Part shown: piece by piece, positions 40,926 to 55,340 of the stretch
How the letters are laid out: every line of letters begins with the position of its first letter
Position numbering within the stretch: position 1 is the first letter of the stretch
Assembly (NCBI GenBank): GCA_951406725.2
Contig: OX597814.1
Coordinates: forward strand, 42,408,001 to 42,472,000
Direction of reading: 5' to 3'
DNA length: 64,000 nucleotides
Source: Octopus vulgaris
Lineage: Eukaryota
The notes under the pieces: model-generated
What the model was told of the DNA's origin: nothing
The model's input: the letters and a program-made list of their open reading frames with translations, nothing else
The model's database searches: none
Translations under genes and position numbers: made by a program

Positions 40926-41307
40926 AAAGGTAAATAATGTCATTGGAATTTGCTCACTTGCTGCTAACCAGATTACAAATAAAGTTTTAAGAACGAGCAT
41001 TTCTCTTTCTGCAGGAATATAAAAATGTCTCGCAGGATCGGAACTTCCATCACTTCTGTCAGTTCTATATAATATGCAGATAGATACGTGCACACTTTCT
41101 CTCTCGCACACACACGTATGTATATATATGCGTATATTCATACCTGCGTTTATTTAACTAAAAACAGCATATAAGTACATGCGTTAACTCTCACAAACGC
41201 ACTATCATAAGATTTAAGGTTCACAAATTACTGCTGTCTCTAAAGTTGACAAATGTCATTTCTATTGCAATGATTTATTGGAATGACCTTACATAAAGAC
41301 ATGTATG

Positions 41308-41359
<52 letters not shown>

Positions 41360-41375
41360 TGTGTGTGTGTAAAGA

Positions 41376-41420
<45 letters not shown>

Positions 41421-41436
41421 GATGTGTGTGTAAAGA

Positions 41437-41485
<49 letters not shown>

Positions 41486-41759
41486 ATGTATGTATTTATG
41501 ACCAGGAAAGTGGATAAATTTCAGAGTCAGTGTTCTTAATCACTCAATATATTTCGCACCATCGGAACACTTCACAGCATACATGGGTGTACTCATGTAT
41601 GTATACATGATATAATATAAAAATATATACACATATAAATATATAAACACATATAAATCATAATTGTACTTGTCCTCTCTTGGTCTTGTATTCCTGAAGC
41701 CCTATTAGGCGCTAAGTAGTTGTGCTGTATAAGACAATAATTATCCCCCTTTTTTCTTC

Positions 41760-41798
<39 letters not shown>

Positions 41799-41835
41799 AT
41801 GTATATATGTATATGCGTATATGTAAAAGTATGCA

Positions 41836-41884
<49 letters not shown>

Positions 41885-41983
41885 GCATACATACATTTAT
41901 ATATGTGTGAATGTTTATGTGTATGTGAGCATATATAAATATATGAATATTTATCTATCTCTCCCTCTCTTTCTCTCTCTTTA

Positions 41984-42034
<51 letters not shown>

Positions 42035-42817
42035 AATCTACGTTTGTATTCGTATGCATGTCGGTGTGTAGACCTGTATTTGTGAAATTATTCGTGTGTA
42101 TGACTTTCACTGCCCAAATCATACGTAAATATATTACAGAATTGAATTGCGATATATCTGATTTCCTAGCGACAAACATGAAAGATATTCAAGCACCATT
42201 TAATACTGGAATATCTCTATTAAACAAGCTTTTAATCATGTAATAGTGCCAGCATGCCAATGATAAATGTTTCCTTCCTGTCAAACTGCCTCACATCAAA
42301 GTATTGTTCTTTTCTCTTGTTTTATATTGTATTCTATTGCACAGACGTCTTGATCAAATGAAAGTAAATAGCGTACGAACTATGAAAATGGTTAATTTCG
42401 TGTCTTGTTTTATTTTCCACATAGCAATGTGTAATCTCCAACGACTGATTTAAGTTATGATGATGTTTTGTTGGGACCTGTGAGTCCTTGAAGATATAAC
42501 CTACTAATACAAGCTGTCAGATCAATGTATTTATCCACACACGCATACACACACACGTACACACGTACACACATACAAACATGTACACCCACATAATACA
42601 CACACATACACACTTATGCACACACATGCACGCACACTTACTCATACCAATATATATATACAAGTACATTCATGCAAACCCATACACATATACACACTCA
42701 CGCGCATACATATGCACATTATTATATATGTATGTATCTGTTTCTGCATATATTTTCTGTGTGTAGGCACGTGTAAGTGTATATTATTTACATAAACATA
42801 CATACTTGTACGATATT

Positions 42818-42899
<82 letters not shown>

Positions 42900-43019
42900 T
42901 GCTTCCACTTGTCAGTTCTGGTACCACGTGCACAATTAGCCGGAAATGTCACATCACATTACTGTGATATATAGTCAATGCTAGCTTTCACACGTCTGTG
43001 TGTGTATTCTTTTAGTCTT

Positions 43020-43217
43020 CTATATTTTTACTCATTTTATCCATTTGCCTGCGGCCATGTTGTAATACCGCCTTTAGTCGAACAATTCGACACCAGGACT
43101 TATGCAGTGTAAGTCTAGGACTTATTCTATCGGTTCTATTGCCGAACCACTGAGTTTCAGGGACGTAAACACACCAACATTGGTTTCATGCGATGGTGGG
43201 GGATAAAAACAGATGCA

Positions 43218-43256
<39 letters not shown>

Positions 43257-43395
43257 CGGGCTTCTCTCAGTTTCCCTCTACCAGATCCACTCACAAGGCT
43301 ATAGTAGTAAAAACTTGGCCAAGTTGCCACGCAGTGGAACTGAACCTAGAAACATGTGGTTGGGAAGCAATCACCTTACCACACAGCTACTCTTG
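43020..43395 (-). mobile_element. SINE family D, full length with expanded internal (TA)n
   Basis: Tail, (TA)n tract and head are colinear with 12990-13343. Confidence 0.88.
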
Positions 43396-46300
43396 ATATA
43401 TATGTATATGTACATTCACACAGACACACTTATTGAATCATTTAGATATTCAGTTAAAGAATGAAAAATGGAAAGGGAAACTCAAATATACTGTATAGCA
43501 ATGTAAAACATTTAATTAATATTTTTTTAGAGAGCAGAAGAAAACAAACGATATATATTAGTATATTTTAGCACATAATGTGATTATTTAGCATGTAATG
43601 TGATTATTAGACACACACACACACACACACAAAGCACCTACACACATACGCACGCTGATATATATATGCGCAACTATATTTTCCGTTATACATCATGAAT
43701 ATAAGCAATACTTATTAGCATTAGTTTGAAAGAAAATGATATAAATATATACTGATTGAAATGTGACATTAAACAAACCAGCTCAAATGATGCATGCACA
43801 ATTTTGAAGCATATACATCATAATTTTCATTAACGCTTTAAAAGAAGCATAGAAAAACATTTCTGTTTTAAAATTATTTTTTCATGTGGGGCTTATTTTA
43901 TAGATACATGTTATATACTGCGGTATCGTTTCTCATTATTCTTCGTTTTATCTACAAGAATATATTAAAGACAAATAACTTTCCAATTTAAACGTCCGAT
44001 AGTTTCTCTTCCGCCTACATATATTCAAAGAGTAAATATTACACCACTGTTAAGCATATTATTCAATAATCTTGAGAAAGAAATCTCTTAAAAATTATAA
44101 TTGGACCTCACAATGGTATACAGATTTGATCATATTCTTAGCAACTGATATTGATTAAAGTGGCTTTCTCGTATACGAAAATTGGAGGTAAAAATCTGAA
44201 ATTGGAATGCGCAAAAAGAAAACACATTCCGATTTTCGATAAATATCTTGTTACAGCTGTAGACCTCCTCATTTTAGTCTAATATCATATTTTCACTTCA
44301 GAATGGATATATTTAAAAAAATATTTTAGTCGAGTATTCTCGTGGAAATTAGTATAAGAAGAAATACGATACAGAAATCATTTCCCTCCTGAAAGCATCA
44401 AATATTGGATGTGTCTCTCACATGCTATAATTTATAATGGGATAATGTTTTTATGGTGATGGAACTTGCACAGAATACTATACTTACTAATATATACAAA
44501 GAGAGCATATATGCGAAATAATATATAATTTTATATGATAAATCAGATTGTATTTTTTCTTTATGTATAAAAGGTTTGTAACAATATAAATTGTTCCTGC
44601 CAGCATCTTTCTACGATATTTCAGTAGAAGATATAGCTAGGATTCAACACCAGCATACCAACAATATGCCACTATAGTCTCATAACTTTTATTGTAATGG
44701 GTATCATACGTACTTTTCCTTTCATGAGTATATTAATTTGATTGCATATAACAATTTTACGGAATTAGAGACAATATGTGCAATATATATATTTTAGCCA
44801 GAACACTAACAAAAAAACCTATATCAGCTGATTGAAAGTATGAACTGTCCAAAATCAACTTTATTATGAATAGCTATGTTGTCCCAGCGTTATAATGTTT
44901 TGATTTTGCCCACAGCGTCTACATTCATGCATAAATATTGTTAGATAAATAGAATTGAAAACACCCGTTCATATAATCAATTAAGCACTGGGTTGCAATA
45001 GAATGAAATTGGCAGGAATACAATTTTCAACATCATAAAATGTTTCAATACTACAACGTTGACCACCTATTATTCCATCATTTATACATTTATGGTTGGT
45101 ATTGTTGCACTAGGGCAGCAGTCAATATGAAGTCAATATTCGAAGTTGCAATATATTTCTAAAAGAAAATGTTATTATTTTAAAATATATATATGTATGG
45201 CGTCAACTCATCCTTTTTCCTTAATATCTGAATTTAGGAGTCAAAGCTAAATGCTTTGATCAACTTAAATTTATAGAAACTGTTTAAATGAGAAATGTTT
45301 TCTGTTCTTACTATTGAATTAAACATATCCAGACAAGAATATATTTTTATACTTATCTCGAATGCTTTTGATTCCATAGGCATGTCCATGTTGCCAAAGA
45401 GGCCGAGACGATATCTAACATTGTATATTAAATTCTGTGACCTATTTTCTCATTCTTAGGTTGAATATGTAAAATCATATTTAAACAGAATATCACTTCT
45501 CTCTTATGTGATCCCAAGCATTAAATATATAACTATATCTCTGTAATGTCTATGTTACTGAATATACGCGTGAAAACTTATCTCGGTGAATTAAAATATC
45601 GCATTAAAATAAATATCACCGTAAAACAAATTATTGAGTATATTTGTAAAAAAAAAGCTCTTAAAGGAATTATTGAACCTCGCACAGAAATACAGATCAG
45701 AGTGTGTTCTATGCAGCTGATATTAAGTGACATTGTTATATGAGAAGTTAAATGGTAAAAATCTGAAATTACAACGGCCAAAAAACACTTTTTCCGATTT
45801 TGTTGCCATTGCAGATTCCTCGGTACCATATTTTCACTTGTAAATGGATTGGTTTTCATTTGTAGAATTTCATAGAATCCCTTGCTAATTCATTAATCTT
45901 TCAAATAGTGTCATTCTATCCACTGAAGATATTTATTGATGAGAGAAAACTTTAGATGCTCGTATGAGTTGTATTTCAATAACATTTATATCTGCTGACT
46001 GCATTTATTACAGTGAATTCGTAGCGAGGAAATATAGAGGCTCACTACGTCAACCGTACACTGTCATTTCAGCCAGTTAATGATTTATCTCTTATATGTT
46101 TAATGCACACAAACAACTGAATAACGCGACTTAAAATCTGATGGAACATTTTGTAGTATATCTATATATATGATGCTAATTTCTTTCTTACAGCTTCCGA
46201 AATTCTCTCAGAAAATCATTATATATTTCTTTCTTAATGAAAGCAATTTTAAATTAGTAGGTTTCTATCGAGCTAAGTTAACTAATTAGTCCTACATTAT

Positions 46301-47512
46301 GCATACCAGTTACATATAAAATTAAATCTTAAATATAGGATGAAGTTTCAAGATCGATTTGATTACTTGATTCCTAAATTGATGAGTTCCTTGTAAAATT
46401 AAAGGACGCAGAAGAATCTCAGTATTGTCTCACATTAATATTTATAAAGTGGCACTTACATTTTTTTATACGTTAGAAGGAGATGATATACTGCACCGAT
46501 TTACTTTTTAGCAAAAATACGCACAAGCACGTTATAGCTGTTGAAGTCGAACAGGTGCGTCAATTTTTAGCTCAAAGACGTTAGGTATACTATTTTCCTA
46601 TTCATCGTATTCAAAAATGCAGATTTGACGTTTTGGCGAATAAACGTTTGATTATATTCTATTGGAACTATGGTGAAACAGTATCTAGGCGATGACATAT
46701 AAAAATACATTTGTATAAATTTCTAAAAGTGATTGAAGCCATTTCACTACATTACAACACGCGTTACATTGGCTTACTTAACAACTTTCATAATTACTTA
46801 CATACAAACATACATACCTAGGGACATTCATACATGCATATATGCATACATCTAATATATTGTCCTTGTCTAATAAAGTTAGATAGAGTGGTCGAGTAAA
46901 ATCCATGAATGTAAAGAGCAACATTAAAAATGTTAAGACGTAAGGTGAATAAATTCATTCATAAACTCTCTAAGTAAATGTGAAAAAGGCTTTTAACTAT
47001 TAGGCAACGTGGAATTTGCTTGATTTCAAATTGCAATAAAACTGCAAACTACGATATTCGGTTTAGGAAGTTGGAGATAGTTATAACCTTTTTATAGAGA
47101 TTCAATCATCAATAGAAGGCAACACAGGTTTGAACATATCTTTTGTCATTGGCACCCTCTAAATTTTAGTGTCTAACATAATTCCAATTTGATTGTAAGT
47201 AATATAATCTGTAATAATCGCTTGCATACGTACTGCAAGAGCACTAGATAAAAACTATATAAAATAATATGTGTACTTACATATGCACACCACATATACA
47301 TACACACTAACACAGAAACGCATTCTCACATGCACACACATACACACACATATGCATATGTTAGTATATCTTAAGATGTAATACCATGGATTATGATAGC
47401 ACCTTGAAATGACGTTCTTAACATTCTTTACTATTTCTATTATATTATTTTAATTTTATTTTACTTTATTACTTTAAATTACTTCCCCATTTATTTGCTT
47501 CCTAACATTTGG

Positions 47513-47646
47513 TCTTTCTGCTGAAGCCTTGGGGCTCAACCATTGTCCAACTCCTGCCCAATGTTTGTTCATCCCTTTATATCACTGGCGTGATGTGGAA
47601 AACTTGGAAGACTAGGCAACCCCATGGTAAAAACAGATGTAAGAGT
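47513..47646 (+). ncRNA. Degenerate type I hammerhead with ~100-nt stem II
   Basis: UCUUU CUGCUGA A GCCUUGGGG...CCCCAUGGU AAAAAC AGAU GUA AGA; the closing helix pairs; core has A6->C and G12->A. Confidence 0.45.
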
Positions 47647-48001
47647 TTAGTATTTGTACATTCATAGATTCTTATTCGTTTATTTTTATTTATATATTTA
47701 CGTACTTTTTATTTGCCCATTTCATTCGTTTGTTTCATTTACACCAATGATTGTAATCAATTAATAGGCTGATGTTTGTCGAAAGTTTATCCTCTCCATT
47801 TTCATATTTGCCTTATAGATCATGAGTGAATTTCTGATTTACTCCCGTCCATACCTAGTATTCAATTGCGATATAACCCTGCAATGGTAAGCACTTGGAT
47901 ATAAATACGCCGGTATACATCCAGTAGTATATTGGAGATTTCATATCCCCTAGATGGTTACTTAACCTCTAACTCATACAGCTATATATATATATATATA
48001 T

Positions 48002-48139
<138 letters not shown>

Positions 48140-49869
48140 AAGAGAGAGAGAAAAAGAGAGAGAGAGATGGAAATTTAATGATATTTATACTACGGAGGAA
48201 ATTATTTGCAGATTCATAATTTAAAGTCTAATATTTGTTGTAGCATTGTACTCCGTACTACATTTACGTGCGTTTTCATTTAACCATGAAATATTTAAGC
48301 AAGTTTATATGCATAACATACACCTACATGCTTATGCCACTGAAGAGAGTGATACGCAAGTATAAATGCCGTGATTTCATAACATGGACAACCGGGTATT
48401 CAATTATATTCGCTAATTCATGTAGTAGAAATTAATTAATCATTGGACAATTCCAGATCTTAGCAGAAGCTAAACAAAACCAGAATTGTGAGCTTCTATC
48501 TGAAATAGATTCGCGAGAAAATAAAAGAAACATGCTTATGCAATGATTAATATAACGTTCCGTTTGGATTCCTACTACTAAAACGAAATGCATCTCTCAA
48601 ATTTAACATTTTGGGAGAGTAATACGGGTAATAAGCTTTACATTTAATATAATGAAATAGGAAATACATTGATATATTCTTGATTGTATATATTTGATTA
48701 ACATTAAATATTTCCGGACTGGAATTGTATGAGATATAAATCTTACATTAAATTAATCTTACACCCTTAATTATACTCGATATTATATTGGGGAAAATAA
48801 AATAAAAATAATACATATTCCAAACACCATATAAAATACTTGTGACATACGCTATATCTCTATAGGAATATTATTTGAAATGTGTTTTGTTTCCCTCATA
48901 CATATTTAACAGTGTGGTTATCTACGATTGATTGCACACCAATATGGACTGAACTGTGGAGCAAATGGTGCGATAAAGGATGCAAATGTTGCATAACCCA
49001 AAGACTTTTCGATAGGATTATGCCATTATATCAGATATGATTTTTATTACTTTATTTATTAGGTAATCTGTAATAAAAACAATATTCAGCAATAATAACA
49101 ACTAATGTTGCTCTTAATGGAAAATTTAGATGCATATATTATATCGAAATAATCTACTACGTGTTTGTATACATGTATGCATGCATGAATATTTGTGTTT
49201 ATGCGCACCGTTTTTATATGTATATATGTATATATATATATGCAATCAACTACGCATACATAATTATATGTACATATTTATACATCTATATCAATTTATC
49301 TATCAATCTGTCTATTTATCTATTTCTCTCGATGAATCAATTTATCTATCTAGCTATCTACCTTTCTATCAGGAAATATTAAAAGATTATATCAGGTTTT
49401 GATTGGACACCGTTCGCTGAACCATACGATGTAAAATTATTACAAGCCCGGTTAACAGCTTTAAATCTGCAAAAGTTACTGATTAAAGACTAAATACAAT
49501 GAAAATATAAATAATAATTTTAAAATACACTATGTAGCAAATGTGTTATCTATAAAATCCCAAACCCTTTTTGATAGAATCATATGATGGTAATACCAAT
49601 AGAAAATGTTTTGAAAGTGATTAAAAAATTGTTGTGTAAAGTATACATGCAATGCAATTGTGAAACAAACATTTTAGAAACATACGGACAGGTCGTTCCT
49701 GCAAATATGTAAAAGTGTAAAATATACCCTAAAATATTTCCCCATACAGAATAAAATTGTTTAAAAGCAATATATTGAATTAACTACGAATAAACTGGGA
49801 AAGAAATAGGAGAAAAATAGAAAATCTTAGGAGAATGATGCGTATATATTTATACACGGATGTATTTAA

Positions 49870-50095
49870 AAGTACGATATGAGTTCTGTCAAGTCCCGAT
49901 AGCGTAAAGAAAATTCACCTTGTCTGTAGTAGAAGCGTTTTTAAAAAGAACAGAATGTAGATGTCTAGATAAAATTTCCTATGTTAACTTTGAATAAAAA
50001 CAAATTCCCGGGTAAGATGATTAGATTTTGGCATAGGCACAAATGAAAGGGACGTTTAAACGGAACAAAACCTAGGATGTTACAAATATTTACTC
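49870..50095 (-). mobile_element. Possible PLE GIY-YIG fragment
   Basis: HPRFC..., then KRFYYRQGEFSLRYRDLTE (~YIGQT..SLR.R..EH); shares AACATCCTAGGTTTT with the 12916-12930 region. Confidence 0.35.
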
Positions 50096-50708
50096 TCAAA
50101 AAATAATTGTAGTTTGATTTATTAGTTTCAAATGTTTCTTTGAAAATATATGAAATATTTTTAAGATTTCAGACGTGAAATTTTTCTCTCATAGTTACAA
50201 TGAATTATAACATGAAACATTATTAAAATACCGTATCTTCAATTTCTTTCCTTTTATTATTTCTTTCCCATCGTCTAACTCTTTTCTTAGTATTTTCCTG
50301 AAAATGAGTGAGCGTATAACATTACATTTATTCTAGTACTGAGTGAAAACTATTTTAAAAATCAAGCATATTGTTTCTCATAATATATGTGTGTATGTGC
50401 GTATACTTACACTCACATTGGAAATGGAAAAAAATTGCAATTGCGAAGGAATGTTGCCATGTACTTCATTAATATACAGCTTTTTATGCTAAAAGATGCA
50501 ACGCGCTCATGGTTGAATGCTTGTGGATCACCATTTAACGTCAACGTAGCTTCAAACATAATGTGTAATTTAATTTAAGAAAAATTTACGTTTCTATATC
50601 TACACAGAGAAAGATGTTATCAAACGAAAAGTAAAAGCTCGTGTAGGAAATTTCAGTTTTGGTAGGAGCGGGTGAAACATTCCCAAAAGTAGAGTAAGAT
50701 AATTCTAG

Positions 50709-50770
<62 letters not shown>

Positions 50771-50794
50771 GTATATACATATGTGTGTGTCTGC

Positions 50795-50862
<68 letters not shown>

Positions 50863-50974
50863 TTGTTTGTGCGTGTGTCTGCCAGTGTGTGTATGCGTGG
50901 GTGTGCGTGTGTGTGTACATTAAGAAATATATGAAAGAACTTCCAGGAAAATGAGGAAAAAATTTAAAAAATAA

Positions 50975-51845
50975 CATGTCTTGCAAACAACTTGCACATG
51001 CAAGTGCTACCAGTCGAGAACTCCACATACCGGAAGCCAGCAAGGGTATGAGGTCATCAGGAGAGAATGCACGCTGTTTCGGGACATACATCTCGACGGC
51101 ATCAATGCGCACCGCCCCCACCTCACTGATATGGGGCCTCGCTTGCTAGATCAACATTTCTCTAACCATTGCTCATCGTCTCTTTTTAAACAAATCCAGT
51201 GGCTAGCCTTCTCCACTGTAGTTTGGATATCGATCTTCATGATATTGACTTTACGATGGGTTAGGCCTAACGATAACAATAGTCATCTCATACTGTGTCC
51301 GACAAACCCTCTACATCCAACTTCGATTGGAAAATGCTCCGCTTTCCAGCCTGCGTCTTCGTATTCCTCGAGGAGGTTTACATAACCGTCAATCTTTCGA
51401 GTACGAGCGGCATCCATATTATCTTAATGAGGAACCTTTAACTTGACTATATTTACAACTTTCCTACTTTCACACCATATCAAAATGTGCAGTTTTTTCG
51501 TAACTGTGATGGGAAAGAACCACTGGCACTCTGATAAATCTGCAGTCACTTCCCAATAGCTGTTCCACTTTTTATCTCTCACAGGAAGTTTCTCGTTTTT
51601 CTTGAAACGTATCCGCTGACCTGAGCGCACGAAGTTAACGAAATCTGTAGTTGGTAATTTCAACGGTTTTTCCTCAGTTTTGTTCAGATAAATTTGTTTC
51701 TTTATAGCATTGAAGATAACTTTAAGGACCAAGTTGTGTCTGCATGTATACCTGTTCATTGCTAATGAACAGTTGGAAAGAATATGTTTCGGTATTCCGA
51801 CCTTTCCGCATTTGCACATGCCATTCTCTGAGACGTTCCATTTTT
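50975..51845 (-). mobile_element. Hero-like (R2 superfamily, RLE) non-LTR retrotransposon 3' fragment
   Basis: CKCGKVGIPKHILSNC..RYTCRHNLVL (zinc knuckle plus RH), WEVTADL, IVKLKVPH*, RKIDGY, AGWKAEHFPIEVGCRGFVG, VEKASHWICLKR; stop at 51151-51153, then a GC-rich 3' UTR. Confidence 0.9.
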
Positions 51846-51849
51846 AAAG

Positions 51850-52031
51850 AGGAATGATAGAAAGTCGTGGTGAAAGAGTACAGCAGGGTTCACCACCAGC
51901 CCCTGCCAGAGCCTCGTAGAGCTTTAGGTGCCTTCGCTCAATAAATACTCACGACGCCTAGTCTGGGAATCGAAACCACGATCCTACGACCGCGAGTCCG
52001 CTACGCTAACCTCTGGGCAATTGCGCCTCCA
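51850..52031 (-). mobile_element. tRNA-derived SINE family B
   Basis: Minus strand GGAGGCGCAATTGCCCAGAGGTTAGCGTAGCGGACTCGCGGTCGTAGGATCGTGGTTTCGATTCCCAG; homologous to 1-207. Confidence 0.88.
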
Positions 52032-53282
52032 CCTGCGTTTGTACTAATACATACATGTACGCACACATACAAATTATTTCCTTCTACTTCTATGTGTGTG
52101 TTTGTGCGTTTTGTTTGTGTTTTTTTTTCCTGTTTATGACCGGTGTCATATCACATGAAGCACCAGTCAATGTGTCAAGTAGCGTCATTGATCTTACGGG
52201 AAAACCTTTTTTCTGTCGAGTCTTTATATTCCCCATTATTAGACTATTTTCTTTAGTCATTGCGTTGTGATCGTTATAAGCTTTAACCTTATAAAATACT
52301 ATTATTATTATTTCCAGAATTGTGAAATCGACGCTGCTTAACAAAACCATCGTAGTGAAACTACTCACACACACACACTTACACACTCTCTCTCACACAC
52401 ACATACACACAGATATCTATATAGGGAGAGGGGGATCATTAAGACAGAGTAGTGGGCACGTTATTGTGAAGTGAACTTTGGTGTGTGGATCCTAAGCACA
52501 GCAACACTTCAGTGACTACAATAAGTGATTATTTGTATTTATCAGCGAGGGAATTAAGCTAAATTGAGATAAATTGTTGTATGAAACAAACATGCGTTTT
52601 GTTGTTTGTACAGCTTGAATTCTTAAGATACTCCCTTGGCTATTCTGCTATCGGCATAGAAGAAAATCAACGATGTCCAACCATTCTAGTATTCATCATT
52701 GCAACATAAGGACTACAAAATGCAAATAGTAACAAGAGAAATGATACTATGCTGGTGCATTGTAAAGTATTGGTTTCTGTTGTTCTTAACCAGTATAGGA
52801 ATCACTCACCTGGAATAGTCTCAGATATATAATTCCAAGTCTATGATTGGAATGCTTTCCCATTACAAAATTAATGATTATGCAGTCGGTGTAGGACTAA
52901 TCGGTTTGACGATGTCCTACTTTGCGTGTTATGTACGGTTTATAGTATTTCACCAATCTAATTCGAGCATTTTCGTGTGTTGATAAATAGTGCCGAGTCT
53001 GGTTACGATATGAAATGTGGTTGCTCGAATTAGAGAGAAAACGTTCCTTCCATAAAGGAACCTATGATAAATAGATATGATAAAAGTAGATAATGATCTC
53101 CAAATAGGTCTCACAATCATTAAAGTTTTGCTTGTCCAAGGAAATTATATATAAAATGCAATTTCCATTGTGCATACACGAATGTATGTATGTATGTCCG
53201 ATGTGTATATATGTATATATAAATATATATGCTTGTATATATTCATATATATATATATATATTTATGCATCCATTTAGTTAT

Positions 53283-53325
<43 letters not shown>

Positions 53326-53715
53326 AATGTATATATATACTTATTGGAATCTATGTATGTTACTTTCCAATAGTTAGATCTCGAAATTTATCGATTATTG
53401 CCAATACAATGTATTATGTATGAAGATCTGATTAAGGAAATACAAAAAGGATTTGAATCCGCAAAGTTATAATTTGTACGTCTTTCAAAACTCATTAGTG
53501 GATTAGTGGATAGTTTACCTCTTAAATTAGTTCTTTTTGTTGCATTTTTACTTTTTATCCAATAGTGGATAACCGAATTTCGGATTGCATTATCGGTTAT
53601 CTCTCGGGATCACATATTATTTATACCATTCAAGCATGATAATACACACAATACTATCATGCACATATTCATTTATAATATAATGTATTACGATATCTAT
53701 ATATGTGTATACGTA

Positions 53716-53809
<94 letters not shown>

Positions 53810-54399
53810 TTATATATATGGCTTATCTTAACGAAGAATCATTATGCAGGAAGCATTTAGCGAAATTGTCTGAGTTAAATAGTTATCTGCTTGTATCAAC
53901 GTGGATGCCCCACGGCTTATCAATTTAAAGCAATGATCGTTACGATTCATAGATTTTCTTTACATCGTAAACAATCCTTAGCTTGAAAGACAATACTTTT
54001 TCGCAGGCATTAAAAGATTTCTGACAATAAATATAATACCGATACATTTGGTAGATTCCAGTTTGTCTAAACATAAAAAATATGTATATTGGCAACATCC
54101 GTATCATCATTTTTTTTTTTTTTTTGCTACCGGCATGAAATCACAGATTGTTACAATCTGTCACAGCACGCTAACGCCTGAATTCTACTTGCAATGGAAA
54201 ATAAGAATGCATGATTGGCATAATGTCAATGATTTTTGAAAAATTCAAATTTATAATTACAAAATATATTTCTATATATCATTCTCTGGCATCGCCATGA
54301 AAATCCTACTTACATAATACGACGTGTTCTTTGATGACTTATATAATTTAAGAAGAAAGGGATTCGTAGCTTATGGGTCTCAACTACAGGACCCCCTCG

Positions 54400-55340
54400 A
54401 TAATTTCTTCTCGTCCTTGTTGAAGCTGTTAATGCTATAATTGAGATGTCGTTGATCCCGGGGAATGGTACACGGTGAGTTTGTTACTTCATGTCCAAAG
54501 GTGCCATAAGTATTTGAAATGATGTACCGGTACAATTGCTTTATGCTTGTTTGTTACAGATCACTAGATGTTGAGGAGCTGGGACAAATTAACTTGTAAG
54601 GTCGCCAGTCTTACTCAGAAGCAGAAGCTCTCCTTCAAAGTTCGGTAAGCTGCGACTGATGTCTACATTGGCAGTTGTGTCTGCCAAGGTTCCCGTGCGA
54701 CTGGATTGAATCGTCTCCCAATCCACTTTTGTGCAATGTGCGTTTCACTGGTCACACACTCCAATTACAGTTCTGGTCCACTACGTCGAGATCGAGGTAT
54801 GCTGTGGGTAATGGTGTGCAGACATGTGCTGAGGTAGCAGCAATTTCAGTTATTCCTCAAAGATAAGTCGAAATAGTCGAGATTTGTAAGGCGCGTTTTC
54901 CCAGATTATCTTTTTCGTCGAGTAAGGTTAAAGAAGGAGCACTGGACATTTGAGATCTTATCTAGCGCGCAGTTCCCATCGCAACCATTCGGTAAAGCGA
55001 TCATTGAAGTTTCCTCTTTGGAATAGTTTGGACTAAATCCTTGAACGTCAATGTAAATCAACTGGCTTATGTGTTCCCGAGATTGTAGGGCTGGAGTTCA
55101 AGCAAAATTTCCCCAAATTCCCAGAGTCGAAGCGCCATCGCTGGACATTGTCTTCTGGAGATCAACGCTAGAGACTGCTGAAAGATTCGAGATGTACATA
55201 AAACGAAACGGTTGTGTACGCACTCATTGAGTTGCCGATTATTGCTGGCTTAAAAAGTGATGCATGCTGCCATATTTAAATTGAATCTAAATATCAGGTC
55301 AGCCCAGACTGAACATCGTCCCGCCGGATTTGACCAGGTA
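54400..55340 (-). mobile_element. Decayed Gypsy LTR retrotransposon gag-protease region
   Basis: LPGQIRRDDVQSGL (~LPPFWxDD.ELWF), LHKSGLGDDS (~YHK.FGD.A), LLLLSKTGDLTS*FVP (~FLVDTGA.VS.IP) and IISNTYGT appear in the expected order; elevated GC; no LTRs identified. Confidence 0.55.

Noticed and set aside
41001-41065. Strong splice acceptor TTCTCTTTCTGCAG followed by EYKNVSQDRNFHHF
   Set aside because: Only a weak donor, a short fortuitous myosin-like resemblance and no partner exons; cannot be supported without RNA-seq.
41350-41470. Repeated AGATGTGTGTGTAAAGAGATG units with TA spacers (superficially array-like)
   Set aside because: Two units within a microsatellite, explained by slippage duplication; not CRISPR-like.
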